A DNA stretch of 51,270 nt from Bacteroidales bacterium. Its GTDB lineage: Bacteria; Bacteroidota; Bacteroidia; Bacteroidales; UBA7960. The stretch covers positions 1-51,270 of the forward strand of contig SKUN01000022.1 of NCBI GenBank assembly GCA_007129945.1, written 5' to 3'. Both the position numbers and the translations under genes were made by a program. This document shows, one piece after another, positions 8,728 to 16,714 of the stretch; position 1 is the first letter of the stretch; every line of letters starts with the position of its first letter. Under the pieces are notes generated by a model. That model was not told the DNA's origin and searched no databases. It saw only the letters and a program-made list of their open reading frames with translations.

Positions 8728-8735
8728 TATCTTTG
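8728..8735 (+). promoter_or_regulatory. -7 box TATCTTTG for the LuxE-like gene
   Basis: Exact TAnnTTTG match with 7 nt between the box and ATG 8743 (near-leaderless). Confidence 0.5.
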
Positions 8736-8742
8736 ATGGTGC

Positions 8743-9792
8743 ATGACAGAATTTGAACAACTGATTGACAGAATTTTTGGCTTACAGGCCGATGACTCTT
8801 TTGAAGAGGCGGCCCTGGAGGTATTTCGTTACCAGTATGTCCGCAATGAGGTGTATCGTCGCTACTGCGACCTGTTGGGGCGGGCTCCCGCAGAGATTGA
8901 CCGCATTGAAAAAATCCCTTTCCTGCCGGTGGAGCTGTTCAAATCGCACCGGGTAGTGTCTTTCAATCGTGCTGAAAGCCATGTTTTTACCAGTTCTGCC
9001 ACCACCGGAAGTGTACCCGCCAGCCACTTTGTGTATGACCTGGCTGTGTATGAGCGCAGTTTTATGGAGGGTTTCCGGCTGTTTTACGGAGCACCTTCCG
9101 GTTATTGTGTGTTGGCCCTACTGCCCGGCTACCTCGAACGCAAAGGCTCATCGCTGGTGTATATGGCAGATCGCCTTATCCGCGAAAGCGGCCATGCCGA
9201 CAGCGGCTTTTACCTGGACGACCTGGACGGGCTCGCGTTGAGGCTGAAACGACTTATGGAAAGCAGCACACGGGTTTTGCTGCTGGGGGTAAGTTTTGCC
9301 CTGCTTGATTTTGCGGAGAAACACCCCATGCCCCTGCGAAATGCCATTGTGATGGAAACCGGCGGAATGAAGGGCCGGAGACGTGAAATGACCAGACAGG
9401 AATTGCATGAAAAGCTCTGCAAGGCATTTCAGCAGGAATCGATCCATTCTGAATACGGGATGACAGAGCTTTTTTCGCAGGCTTATTCTAAGGGTTCCGG
9501 CCGCTTTGAATGCCCTCCATGGATGCGGGTACTGATCCGTGACAGCAATGATCCCCTGGAGGTATCGGGCAGTCCGCGCAGGGACATGGCCAACCCGGAC
9601 GAGGCCGTGACCGAACCCCGTGAGAATATGGGCACCCGAAGTGGCGGCATCAACGTGGTGGACCTGGCCAACATTCAGTCATGCAGCTTCCTGGCCACGG
9701 AAGACCTGGGAAGGCTGCATCAGGACGGAACCTTTGAGGTACCTGGCCGTTTTGATCACAGCGAAGTGCGCGGGTGCAACCTCATGGCTTAG
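8743..9792 (+). CDS. LuxE/PaaK-like adenylate-forming acyl-protein synthetase family protein
   Basis: 349 aa. FTSSATTGS (AMP-binding P-loop-like) and ..METGGMKGRRREMTRQEL.. are typical of the LuxE acyl-protein synthetase family. The substrate is unknown. Confidence 0.6.
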   Translation: MTEFEQLIDRIFGLQADDSFEEAALEVFRYQYVRNEVYRRYCDLLGRAPAEIDRIEKIPFLPVELFKSHRVVSFNRAESHVFTSSATTGSVPASHFVYDLAVYERSFMEGFRLFYGAPSGYCVLALLPGYLERKGSSLVYMADRLIRESGHADSGFYLDDLDGLALRLKRLMESSTRVLLLGVSFALLDFAEKHPMPLRNAIVMETGGMKGRRREMTRQELHEKLCKAFQQESIHSEYGMTELFSQAYSKGSGRFECPPWMRVLIRDSNDPLEVSGSPRRDMANPDEAVTEPRENMGTRSGGINVVDLANIQSCSFLATEDLGRLHQDGTFEVPGRFDHSEVRGCNLMA

Positions 9793-10347
9793 CTACAGGA
9801 ACCGCATCAGCATCATGGCAGCAGCAATCAGGATGAAAGCACCCCCGAAGTAGGCGGTTCGTTTGGCGAAATCCACACCAAGTTGTTTCCCCCCTGCCAT
9901 CCCGCCAAGGGTAAGAATAAACACAGTAATGGCAAGCATCATCCCCGCCAGGTAAATATTGAGGCCGGTAACCCCGATGGCCAGGCCTGCCAGGAAGGCA
10001 TCCATGGCCGTGGCCAGTGAGAGGATGACGATCACCTTTGCTTCGTTGATATCGAATACCTTGGATTTCGGATGTTTCCTGCGGGCCTCCATGATCATTT
10101 TCGATCCGATGATGCCGAAAATGATGAAGGCAATCAGGTTTTCCTGACCCGTGAACATGGACTGCAGTGCACTTCCCAGCCAGAACCCGGCAAAAGCGAG
10201 CACCACGTGTGCAAACGTGAAGGCAATGGCTGTCTTCAGGGGGATGCCCGGTTTAACCAGCCCGGATACGGAACTATTGGTGATGGCGATGGTGAAACAA
10301 TCCATCGCCAGTCCCAACGTCAGTAGAAAAAGAATGAGTGTGTCCAT
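9793..10347 (-). CDS. mntP: Manganese efflux pump MntP
   Basis: 184 aa, six hydrophobic segments. It shows the duplicated DUF204 signature (..LGLAMDCFTIAI.. and ..SLATAMDAFLAGLAIG..). Confidence 0.8.
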   Translation of the reverse strand: MDTLILFLLTLGLAMDCFTIAITNSSVSGLVKPGIPLKTAIAFTFAHVVLAFAGFWLGSALQSMFTGQENLIAFIIFGIIGSKMIMEARRKHPKSKVFDINEAKVIVILSLATAMDAFLAGLAIGVTGLNIYLAGMMLAITVFILTLGGMAGGKQLGVDFAKRTAYFGGAFILIAAAMMLMRFL

Positions 10348-10364
10348 GAAAGCGGGGTTTATTA

Positions 10365-10372
10365 CAAAGATA
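10365..10372 (-). promoter_or_regulatory. -7 box TATCTTTG for mntP
   Basis: Exact TAnnTTTG match on the minus strand, inside the 31-nt tnaA-mntP spacer and 17 nt before ATG 10347. Confidence 0.5.
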
Positions 10373-10378
10373 CAAGAT

Positions 10379-11755
10379 TTACACCTTTTCCAGCTCCACG
10401 GTGAAGTGCCGCATGATGGGTGCTTCCCGTACGATCTTCAGGCCGGTGGTGATCTGTGCCCGCCGTTTGTAAATGTTTGCCAGGCAGGCCGCCACATAGT
10501 CCATGTGGTTGTTGGTGTACACCCTTCTGGGAATGGCCAGTCGCAGCAATTCCAGATCGGGATACCGGTTTTCGCGGGTTTTCGGGTCACGGTCGGCCAG
10601 CAGGGCGCCGATCTCCACGCCCCTGACACCACCTTCCAGGTAAAGTTCCACGGCCAGGGTCTGGGCCTGGTACTGTTCTTTGGGCAGGTGAGACAATACT
10701 TTTTTGGCATCCACAAAAACCGCGTGTCCGCCGGTGGGTTCCTGGCAGGGAATGCCGTACTCCCTGAGTTTTTGACCCAGGTAGGCCACCTGCCCGATGC
10801 GTGATTCCAGGAAGCTGAATTCCGTTCCTTCCATCAGGCCCTGTGCCAGTGCGCCAAGGTCTCTGCCTGCCAGTCCGCCATAGGTGAGATATCCTTCAAA
10901 CAGGATGCAATACATACTGATCTTGTCAAACAATTCCTTGTCGCGGCAGGCAAGAAATCCGCCGATGTTCACGATGGCGTCCTTCTTGCTGCTCATGGTG
11001 GCACCATCCACGTACGAATACATCTCAAGTACAATTTCCCGGATGCTCTTGTCCGCATAACCTTCTTCCCTGGTTTTGATGAAGTAGGCATTTTCCGCAA
11101 AACGTGCGGCATCGAAAAACACCGGGATTTTATATTTTTTGCAGAGGCCGGAAACTTCCCTGATATTCTGCATGGAAACGGGTTGTCCGCCTGAAGTGTT
11201 GCAGGTAACTGTGATGATGCAAAGGGGGATCTGTTCCTTTGGATAGGTCTTGAATACGTCCTCAAGCTTATTCAGGTCGATATTTCCCTTGAAAGGATGA
11301 TATAATGTGGTATCGGCGGCCTCATCGATGGTGCAGTCGATGGCCGTGGCCCGGCGAAATTCAATATGGCCCTTGGTGGTGTCGAAATGGGAGTTGCCGG
11401 GAACCACATCATTTTCGCTGATCAGTGCGGAAAACAACACATTCTCAGCTGCCCTTCCCTGGTGTGTGGGCACAAAAAAGGGCATGCCCAGCAGGGTGTT
11501 AATCGCCTCTTTCAGTTTATAATAGGATTTGCTTCCTGCATAGCTCTCATCTCCGAGCATGATCTCCGACCACTGGTGCTGACTCATGGCACCGGTACCG
11601 GAGTCGGTCAGCAGGTCAATGAATACCTGTTCACTGCGCAGGTTAAACAGGTTGTAGCCGGCCTGCTTTATCCATTCTTCGCGCTCCGTGCGGGTGCTGC
11701 GCTGCAGGGGTTCTACGACTTTGATCTTATAGGGTTCTGCATAGGGTAATTCCAT
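10379..11755 (-). CDS. tnaA: Tryptophanase (beta-eliminating lyase, PLP-dependent)
   Basis: 458 aa. IDLLTDSGTGAMS and the PLP-lysine context MSSKKDAIVNIGGF are present. Residues discriminating Trpase from tyrosine phenol-lyase look Trpase-like (HFDTTKGH, AARFAENAYFIK, DRDPKT..LELLRLAIPRRVYT), judged from my recollection of the E. coli TnaA and C. freundii TPL sequences. Confidence 0.8.
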   Translation of the reverse strand: MELPYAEPYKIKVVEPLQRSTRTEREEWIKQAGYNLFNLRSEQVFIDLLTDSGTGAMSQHQWSEIMLGDESYAGSKSYYKLKEAINTLLGMPFFVPTHQGRAAENVLFSALISENDVVPGNSHFDTTKGHIEFRRATAIDCTIDEAADTTLYHPFKGNIDLNKLEDVFKTYPKEQIPLCIITVTCNTSGGQPVSMQNIREVSGLCKKYKIPVFFDAARFAENAYFIKTREEGYADKSIREIVLEMYSYVDGATMSSKKDAIVNIGGFLACRDKELFDKISMYCILFEGYLTYGGLAGRDLGALAQGLMEGTEFSFLESRIGQVAYLGQKLREYGIPCQEPTGGHAVFVDAKKVLSHLPKEQYQAQTLAVELYLEGGVRGVEIGALLADRDPKTRENRYPDLELLRLAIPRRVYTNNHMDYVAACLANIYKRRAQITTGLKIVREAPIMRHFTVELEKV

Positions 11756-11830
11756 AGCTGTTCAATATAATAGGGTGATAATTATTTGAAGTCTTTGATA
11801 AATAAAATGAACGGGTGGCCGGATCCGGCC

Positions 11831-11928
11831 GGGAGTGACCAGCCTGATCCGGTTAGGAGCTGATCAGCCGGGTCGGGCAGGGAGCTGGCCGTCAGGGTCA
11901 GCAAGGAGCCGGCCGGCTGTACAGAGGC
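11831..11928. repeat. Four degenerate ~24-25-nt direct repeats headed by GGAG(C/T)(T/C)G in the tnaA leader
   Basis: GGAGTGACCAGCCTGATCCGGTTA / GGAGCTGATCAGCCGGGTCGGGCAG / GGAGCTGGCCGTCAGGGTCAGCAA / GGAGCCGGCCGGCTGTACAGAGGC. The similarity is modest and was aligned by eye. Confidence 0.4.
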
Positions 11929-12000
11929 TTAAAAGGGGTAAGTGTCGCGCCTCTTGAGGTTGCGGTATATGTGCTTGGGAGTGTACACTATCTGGATCAT
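11929..12000 (-). other. 23-codon upstream ORF in the tnaA leader (MIQIVYTPKHIYRNLKRRDTYPF*)
   Basis: The ATG at 12000 lies 20 nt downstream of a consensus promoter box, and the stop TAA is at 11931-11929. It is below the ORF-track cutoff and was translated by hand. Confidence 0.25.
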
Positions 12001-12020
12001 GATCGTCCCTTTGGGATGGT

Positions 12021-12051
12021 CAAAGTTAAAGAATTGGTTCTGATTTTCCAA
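12021..12051 (-). promoter_or_regulatory. Bacteroidota-type promoter (-33 TTG, -7 TAACTTTG) driving a long tnaA leader
   Basis: The minus strand reads cTGTTGgaaaatcagaaccaattcttTAACTTTG. This is an exact TAnnTTTG match at 12021-12028 with a TTG 20 nt upstream. It is the only consensus box I found in the 528-bp region on this strand. Confidence 0.55.
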
Positions 12052-12098
12052 CAGAAGGGGTATGTGTTCGTCTTGTCATGTGCGTTGCCGGTCCGTGG

Positions 12099-12142
12099 CC
12101 GGTTTGTGGCTGGTTTGCTGCCTGTTTACAGCCGGTTTTAAG
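12099..12142. repeat. Four helically phased 11-nt repeats CYKGTTTNNNG
   Basis: CCGGTTTGTGG / CTGGTTTGCTG / CCTGTTTACAG / CCGGTTTTAAG, contiguous with an exact 11-nt period. Confidence 0.6.
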
Positions 12143-12227
12143 GGGTCGGTAAGGATGGCAACCGGAGTCCGCAGCGGCAGTATCGCCGGACTTGGCGGTA
12201 TGGCTGGATTCAAAAGACAAAGAATTG

Positions 12228-12235
12228 TATCTTTG
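12228..12235 (+). promoter_or_regulatory. -7 box TATCTTTG for the PlsC-like gene, embedded in an 8-bp-stem palindrome
   Basis: Exact TAnnTTTG match, 48 nt before ATG 12284. The box lies within the inverted repeat GACAAAGA-attgta-TCTTTGTC (12215-12236). Confidence 0.45.
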
Positions 12236-12283
12236 TCCTGCCTGATTCCCATTTATTACCCGGCACAACCAACCATATAACAA

Positions 12284-12838
12284 ATGAGAGTGCTTGCGCG
12301 TCTGATTCTTAAGCTGATGGGGTGGAATATCTACACCAGGGTATCCCTTGATTACCGCAAGGCCGTGATTGTCATGGCTCCCCACACAAGCAATATGGAT
12401 TTTTTCATAGGCCGCCTGGCATTTTTCATGTATGGCATCCGGCCAAAAATCCTCATCAAAAAAGAGGCGTTTACCCCTGTGGCTGGCCCCTTGCTCAGGT
12501 GGCTCGGTGGGGTGCCCGTTGACAGGGGGTACAGTCAGAAAACCGTGAAAAAGGTCACAGAGAAGTTTGAACGGCATGAGGTGTTTCACCTGCTGATCAC
12601 CCCTGAAGGTACAAGGCAGCGAGTCAACAAATGGAAGCGTGGATTTTATTTCATCGCTTTGCAGGCGCAGGTTCCCATCTTTCTGGGGTTTTTGGATTAC
12701 AGAAAAAAAGAGGGTGGGGTGGGCAAAATGATCATTCCCAGTGGCGATTTTGAAGCAGATTTTAAGATCATCGAAGATTTTTACCGCGATAAACATGCCC
12801 GCCGTCCTGAAAAATTCAACCTGTCCGGTTCCTCCTGA
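12284..12838 (+). CDS. PlsC-family (1-acyl-sn-glycerol-3-phosphate-type) acyltransferase
   Basis: 184 aa. HxxxxD block (APHTSNMDF) and ITPEGTR block are diagnostic for the GPAT/LPAAT acyltransferase superfamily. Confidence 0.8.
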   Translation: MRVLARLILKLMGWNIYTRVSLDYRKAVIVMAPHTSNMDFFIGRLAFFMYGIRPKILIKKEAFTPVAGPLLRWLGGVPVDRGYSQKTVKKVTEKFERHEVFHLLITPEGTRQRVNKWKRGFYFIALQAQVPIFLGFLDYRKKEGGVGKMIIPSGDFEADFKIIEDFYRDKHARRPEKFNLSGSS

Positions 12839-12892
12839 TCCCGGATCGCCTGATCCTTTCAGGTGGCTGGTGGGTGGCCGGCAAGATCCTGG

Positions 12893-13750
12893 TTAACCTG
12901 CCCGGGAAGGCCCGTGGCTCAGGTACAGCCTGACAAACAAAGTGAATTGCAGCTGGTAGTTATTGTGCTCCCCCAGGTTGATCCTGGTGTAATTGCTGTT
13001 GACCCCCAGGTCAAAGGCATAGGATTCACCCACGTCCATCCTGACCCCGCTACCGGCCCAGACACCAAAACCGATGCCGTCGTCGCGGACATTGTAATAT
13101 CTGTCAGCTGGCTTTCTGATGGTATAGGTACTGCCTTCAATGCGAATGCCGTTCTGCCGGATGCGGGTTCCCGTCATGCTTCCCCCCAGCTCAAAATAAG
13201 GATGAAGATAAGATTGTGAGGAATGGTAAACGTGGCGCAGCCCGATCATGATCTCTGAGCGCTCTTCTTTGCCGTAAACGGAATAGGCTTTGATGTTGTC
13301 TCCCTCAATAAAACTCGGGCGGTTTAACTCCAGGGTGAACTGATCCTGTGCTGACAACCTGGTAAAGTTGGCTGATCCGTACAGGGCTGTTCTGTCGGTG
13401 AAATGAAGACCCCCGAATATACCCACCATGATGGCCGGGCTATAGGCCATGTCGGCGGGAAGCTGGTGCAATTCAAAATCATAGTTGAGTGATTCCCGGA
13501 TCCGGTTGTAGTTGTGCCGCCGGTTGATGGCCTCTTCCAGGTTGTGCCGGCCGCTGCCGTTGTAGTAATTGGCCGTACCGTCGTGGGCAAAATAGGCCCC
13601 CGCATTCAGGCCGTACGAAATGACCAGGGTGGGGCCTTCTTCATTCTGCTGCCCGGCGGGGCCTGTGCCGTCCTGTGCGGAAACAGCTGCCCCCGGGGGG
13701 CGGACAGTCAGGGTTAAAACCAGCCCTGCGTAAAGGATGAGGCGTTTCAT
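12893..13750 (-). CDS. Hypothetical outer-membrane beta-barrel protein
   Basis: 285 aa with a signal peptide (MKRLILYAGLVLTLT...) and alternating aromatic/hydrophilic beta-strand pattern throughout. No family recognised. Confidence 0.65.
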   Translation of the reverse strand: MKRLILYAGLVLTLTVRPPGAAVSAQDGTGPAGQQNEEGPTLVISYGLNAGAYFAHDGTANYYNGSGRHNLEEAINRRHNYNRIRESLNYDFELHQLPADMAYSPAIMVGIFGGLHFTDRTALYGSANFTRLSAQDQFTLELNRPSFIEGDNIKAYSVYGKEERSEIMIGLRHVYHSSQSYLHPYFELGGSMTGTRIRQNGIRIEGSTYTIRKPADRYYNVRDDGIGFGVWAGSGVRMDVGESYAFDLGVNSNYTRINLGEHNNYQLQFTLFVRLYLSHGPSRAG

Positions 13751-14886
13751 GTGGTGTCAGCTGAGGGAGGATCAGGTATTTCGTATCTGCCAAAATAAGT
13801 GTCCAGTAAATGGGTGGCGGCCTGGAATGAGGTCATCTTTCGGGAGGCCAGGTTTTCTTCCATTTTTTCCAGTTCCTTTACGATAGCGGGATCATTGTAG
13901 AAATGATCTTTTAGGGATTGATTGATGGTTTCGTAAAGACGGTAGCGCTGCTGCTTATTCCTTTTCTCCGCAAAGTGCCCCCTTTCCTTCATCATCTGCT
14001 CAAACTTCCGGATGATTTCCCAGACATGGTCAATCCCGGTTTTTTCGATGGATGAGCAGGTGGTGACTTCAGGGGTCCATCCTGTGGGGGGCGGGGGAAA
14101 GAGGTGAAGGGCGTTTTCGTACTGTGAACGGGCAGAAAGTGCTTTATTCCGGTTGTCCCCGTCGGCTTTGTTGATCACCATGGCATCACACATTTCGATG
14201 ATTCCCCGTTTGATCCCCTGGAGCTCATCGCCGGCGCCGGCCAGCATCAGCAGCAGGAAAAAGTCAACCATGGAATGTACGGCCACTTCCGATTGCCCCA
14301 CACCCACTGTTTCCACAAAAACAATGTCGTACCCGGCTGCCTCGCACAGGATGATGATCTCCCTGGTTTTCCGTGCCACGCCCCCGAGTGATCCGGCAGA
14401 GGGAGAGGGGCGGATAAAGGCGTTTTCATCCACGGAAAGTTTTTCCATCCTTGTTTTATCCCCCAGGATACTTCCTTTGGACACTTCACTGCTGGGGTCC
14501 ACGGCCAGTACGGCAATTTTGTGGCCCTGACTGATCAGGTATTGCCCCATGGCTTCAATAAACGTGCTTTTCCCAGCACCGGGAACTCCGGTAATCCCCA
14601 CCCTCAGGGAGTTTCCCGAGTGGGGAATGCACTGTTCGATAACCTTTTGCCCCAGGGCGTAGTGACTGCTTAATGAGCTTTCTATCAGGGTGATGGCGCG
14701 GCTGAGCATGACCCTGTCTCCGGCCAGGATTCCCTTTACATAATCTTCTGGTTGGAGTACCGGCCTTCTGCGAATCCGGAAACTGTCCGCTGCCTGATCG
14801 TTCAGGGATGAGGGTTGTTCAATCCCCTTATTGACTTTCAGTGCCGAAGATCTGACCTTTCTTGTATTATCCGCTTTGTCAAACAT
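13747..14886 (-). CDS. meaB: MeaB/ArgK-type G3E GTPase (methylmalonyl-CoA mutase chaperone family)
   Basis: 379 aa. P-loop GITGVPGAGKSTFIEA, VETVGVGQSE and INKADGD (NKxD) motifs, with a ~45-aa N-terminal extension. Confidence 0.85.
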   Translation of the reverse strand: MFDKADNTRKVRSSALKVNKGIEQPSSLNDQAADSFRIRRRPVLQPEDYVKGILAGDRVMLSRAITLIESSLSSHYALGQKVIEQCIPHSGNSLRVGITGVPGAGKSTFIEAMGQYLISQGHKIAVLAVDPSSEVSKGSILGDKTRMEKLSVDENAFIRPSPSAGSLGGVARKTREIIILCEAAGYDIVFVETVGVGQSEVAVHSMVDFFLLLMLAGAGDELQGIKRGIIEMCDAMVINKADGDNRNKALSARSQYENALHLFPPPPTGWTPEVTTCSSIEKTGIDHVWEIIRKFEQMMKERGHFAEKRNKQQRYRLYETINQSLKDHFYNDPAIVKELEKMEENLASRKMTSFQAATHLLDTYFGRYEIPDPPSADTT

Positions 14887-14911
14887 ATCCTAGCTGCCAT
14901 GTGATGAACTA

Positions 14912-14919
14912 CAAAGGTA
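14912..14919 (-). promoter_or_regulatory. -7 box TACCTTTG for meaB
   Basis: Exact TAnnTTTG match on the minus strand, 25 nt before ATG 14886. Confidence 0.5.
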
Positions 14920-14985
14920 ATAAAAACCTGTCCCGGAAGGGGCTGTTTTGTTTGCAGGGGGCATACGGTCTGTGAAAAAATATCG

Positions 14986-14993
14986 TAAATTTG
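14986..14993 (+). promoter_or_regulatory. -7 box TAAATTTG for the lipoprotein gene
   Basis: Exact TAnnTTTG match, 23 nt before ATG 15017. This supports the 15017 start rather than the TTG at 14948. Confidence 0.5.
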
Positions 14994-15016
14994 GGTTACA
15001 CCAAATTCCTGATGTG

Positions 15017-15856
15017 ATGAACAAATACAGGCGCTTACCCGGACAATTATCCCTGCTGGTCCTTTTTGTGATGCTGGCTGCGGGATGCTCTCAAAAGGTC
15101 ATCTATCAGAGCCAGTGGCAGCCAGCTGTTTTACAGTCCGATATGATCCCTCTTGACTGGGAAGCTTCCGCGCACCAGGATCCTACAGGCAACCTGGATT
15201 ACGCCATTACCAATGACAGCGACAATCTCTACATTTATCTGAAGACAGCTGACAGGCCCACACAGCTGAAAATGCTGCGCGCCGGGGTACAGCTTGACTT
15301 CGATACCCTTGGTATGGAAGAATCGCATATGACCATACTTTTTCCTTATTACACTGATAATGAAAGTGCAGCAGAGGTCATGCAGATGCCCTTGTCGGGA
15401 AGGCAGGGTTCCCGTCCTGTTGCCGTCAACAATGCGCTGGCTGAGCGGACCACCATGTATGTGGCCGGTTTTCCCGGAATGGAAAGCGGACCGGTCGGCC
15501 ATCTTCATCCCGGAAGTGTGATGGTGAGGATGCAGATGGATGAATCGGAAAATATGTATTACCGGGCAGTTATTCCGCTACGCTTTTTTCCTGTGGCGTT
15601 GGCTGATCCGGCAGAAAGGGATGCCATGGCCATCGGTATTTCGGTGCTTGGCATTTATATGGGGCAGGAGAATGAAGGGCCTCGTGGCAGCGGGCTTTAC
15701 AGGCCGGTGCCCGGAAGGCGTGATGAAACGGTAGTGGGCTGGCCGGGTGACAGGCAGGTCCGTGGCGATGGCGGACCCGCAAGAACAGCCAGCCTGGATG
15801 TGCTGCAAAGGACTCAAACCTTCCGCACTGTGTTTCAACTGGCTGTCGCGGAGTGA
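15017..15856 (+). CDS. Hypothetical lipoprotein
   Basis: Signal peptide with lipobox (LLVLFVMLAAGCSQ). No family recognised in the remaining ~255 aa. Confidence 0.65.
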   Translation: MNKYRRLPGQLSLLVLFVMLAAGCSQKVIYQSQWQPAVLQSDMIPLDWEASAHQDPTGNLDYAITNDSDNLYIYLKTADRPTQLKMLRAGVQLDFDTLGMEESHMTILFPYYTDNESAAEVMQMPLSGRQGSRPVAVNNALAERTTMYVAGFPGMESGPVGHLHPGSVMVRMQMDESENMYYRAVIPLRFFPVALADPAERDAMAIGISVLGIYMGQENEGPRGSGLYRPVPGRRDETVVGWPGDRQVRGDGGPARTASLDVLQRTQTFRTVFQLAVAE

Positions 15857-16702
15857 TCAGTTCTCCGGTTTGTCAAATCTGAGGCTGATGTCAAGTGCGC
15901 GTACACTGTGTGTCAGTGAACCCAGCGAGATCATGTCTACACCGGAATTGGCCACTTCCCGGAGGTCCCTGTTGTCCATGTTTCCGGAAGCTTCCACAAG
16001 GGCCCTCCCGTTGATCAGCTTCACGGCCTCTGCCATCAGCTCTGTGGGCATATTGTCCAGCATGATGATGTCGGCACCGGCTTTCACGGCTTCCTCCACC
16101 TCACGGATCGATTCCACCTCGACTTCAATTTTCAGGGTCCGTGGTGCCTTTTTGCGGGCAGCCTCAACGGCAGTGGTGATCCCCCCGCTTGCCCTGATGT
16201 GGTTATCCTTGATCAGTACACCGTCGGCCAGGTTCATCCGGTGGTTTTGACCTCCGCCCGTCCGCACCGCGTATTTTTCCAGGATACGCAGACCGGGTGT
16301 CGTTTTCCGGGTATCAACGATTTTTGTACCGGTGCCGGCAACCTGGCTGACCAGGCTTTGGGTTTTGGTGGCGATCCCCGACAAGCGCTGAAGAAAATTA
16401 AGTGCCAGCCTTTCACCGCTGAGGATGCCCGCTGCGGGTCCGCTGATTTCAGCGATCGCGCTGCCGGCTTTCACCTTGTCACCGTCCTTGCAGCGCGGGA
16501 TAAAACGGATGTCCGGGTCTAGCCGGGAAAAAACCCTTTGAGCTACTGCCAGTCCGCAGACCACACCTTCTTCCTTCATGGTAAACTGTCCGCTGATCCT
16601 GGTTTCCGGGGGCACTACACTGTTGGTGGTAACGTCGCCTGACCCCAGGTCTTCTGCCAGCGCCTGTGCAATCAGGCGATCCAGGTTTATATAATCGTGC
16701 AT
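15857..16702 (-). CDS. nadC: Nicotinate-nucleotide pyrophosphorylase (quinolinate phosphoribosyltransferase)
   Basis: 281 aa. AEDLGSGDVTT at the N-terminus, ..DTRKTTPGLR.., ..IMLDNM.. and ..EASGN.. blocks are typical of NadC. Confidence 0.92.
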   Translation of the reverse strand: MHDYINLDRLIAQALAEDLGSGDVTTNSVVPPETRISGQFTMKEEGVVCGLAVAQRVFSRLDPDIRFIPRCKDGDKVKAGSAIAEISGPAAGILSGERLALNFLQRLSGIATKTQSLVSQVAGTGTKIVDTRKTTPGLRILEKYAVRTGGGQNHRMNLADGVLIKDNHIRASGGITTAVEAARKKAPRTLKIEVEVESIREVEEAVKAGADIIMLDNMPTELMAEAVKLINGRALVEASGNMDNRDLREVANSGVDMISLGSLTHSVRALDISLRFDKPEN

Positions 16703-16714
16703 ATGCAGTAAGTT

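Noticed and set aside
10348-10378. Mn-sensing yybP-ykoY riboswitch upstream of mntP
   Set aside because: Only 31 nt separate mntP from the tnaA stop, and an exact -7 box lies 17 nt before the ATG. There is no room for a ~100-nt riboswitch.
12062-12280. 72-aa Cys-rich ORF in the tnaA/plsC-like intergenic region
   Set aside because: It has no promoter box and no recognisable fold. Its composition is driven by the phased GTTT repeats it runs through, and it overlaps the plsC-like promoter. Most likely non-coding.
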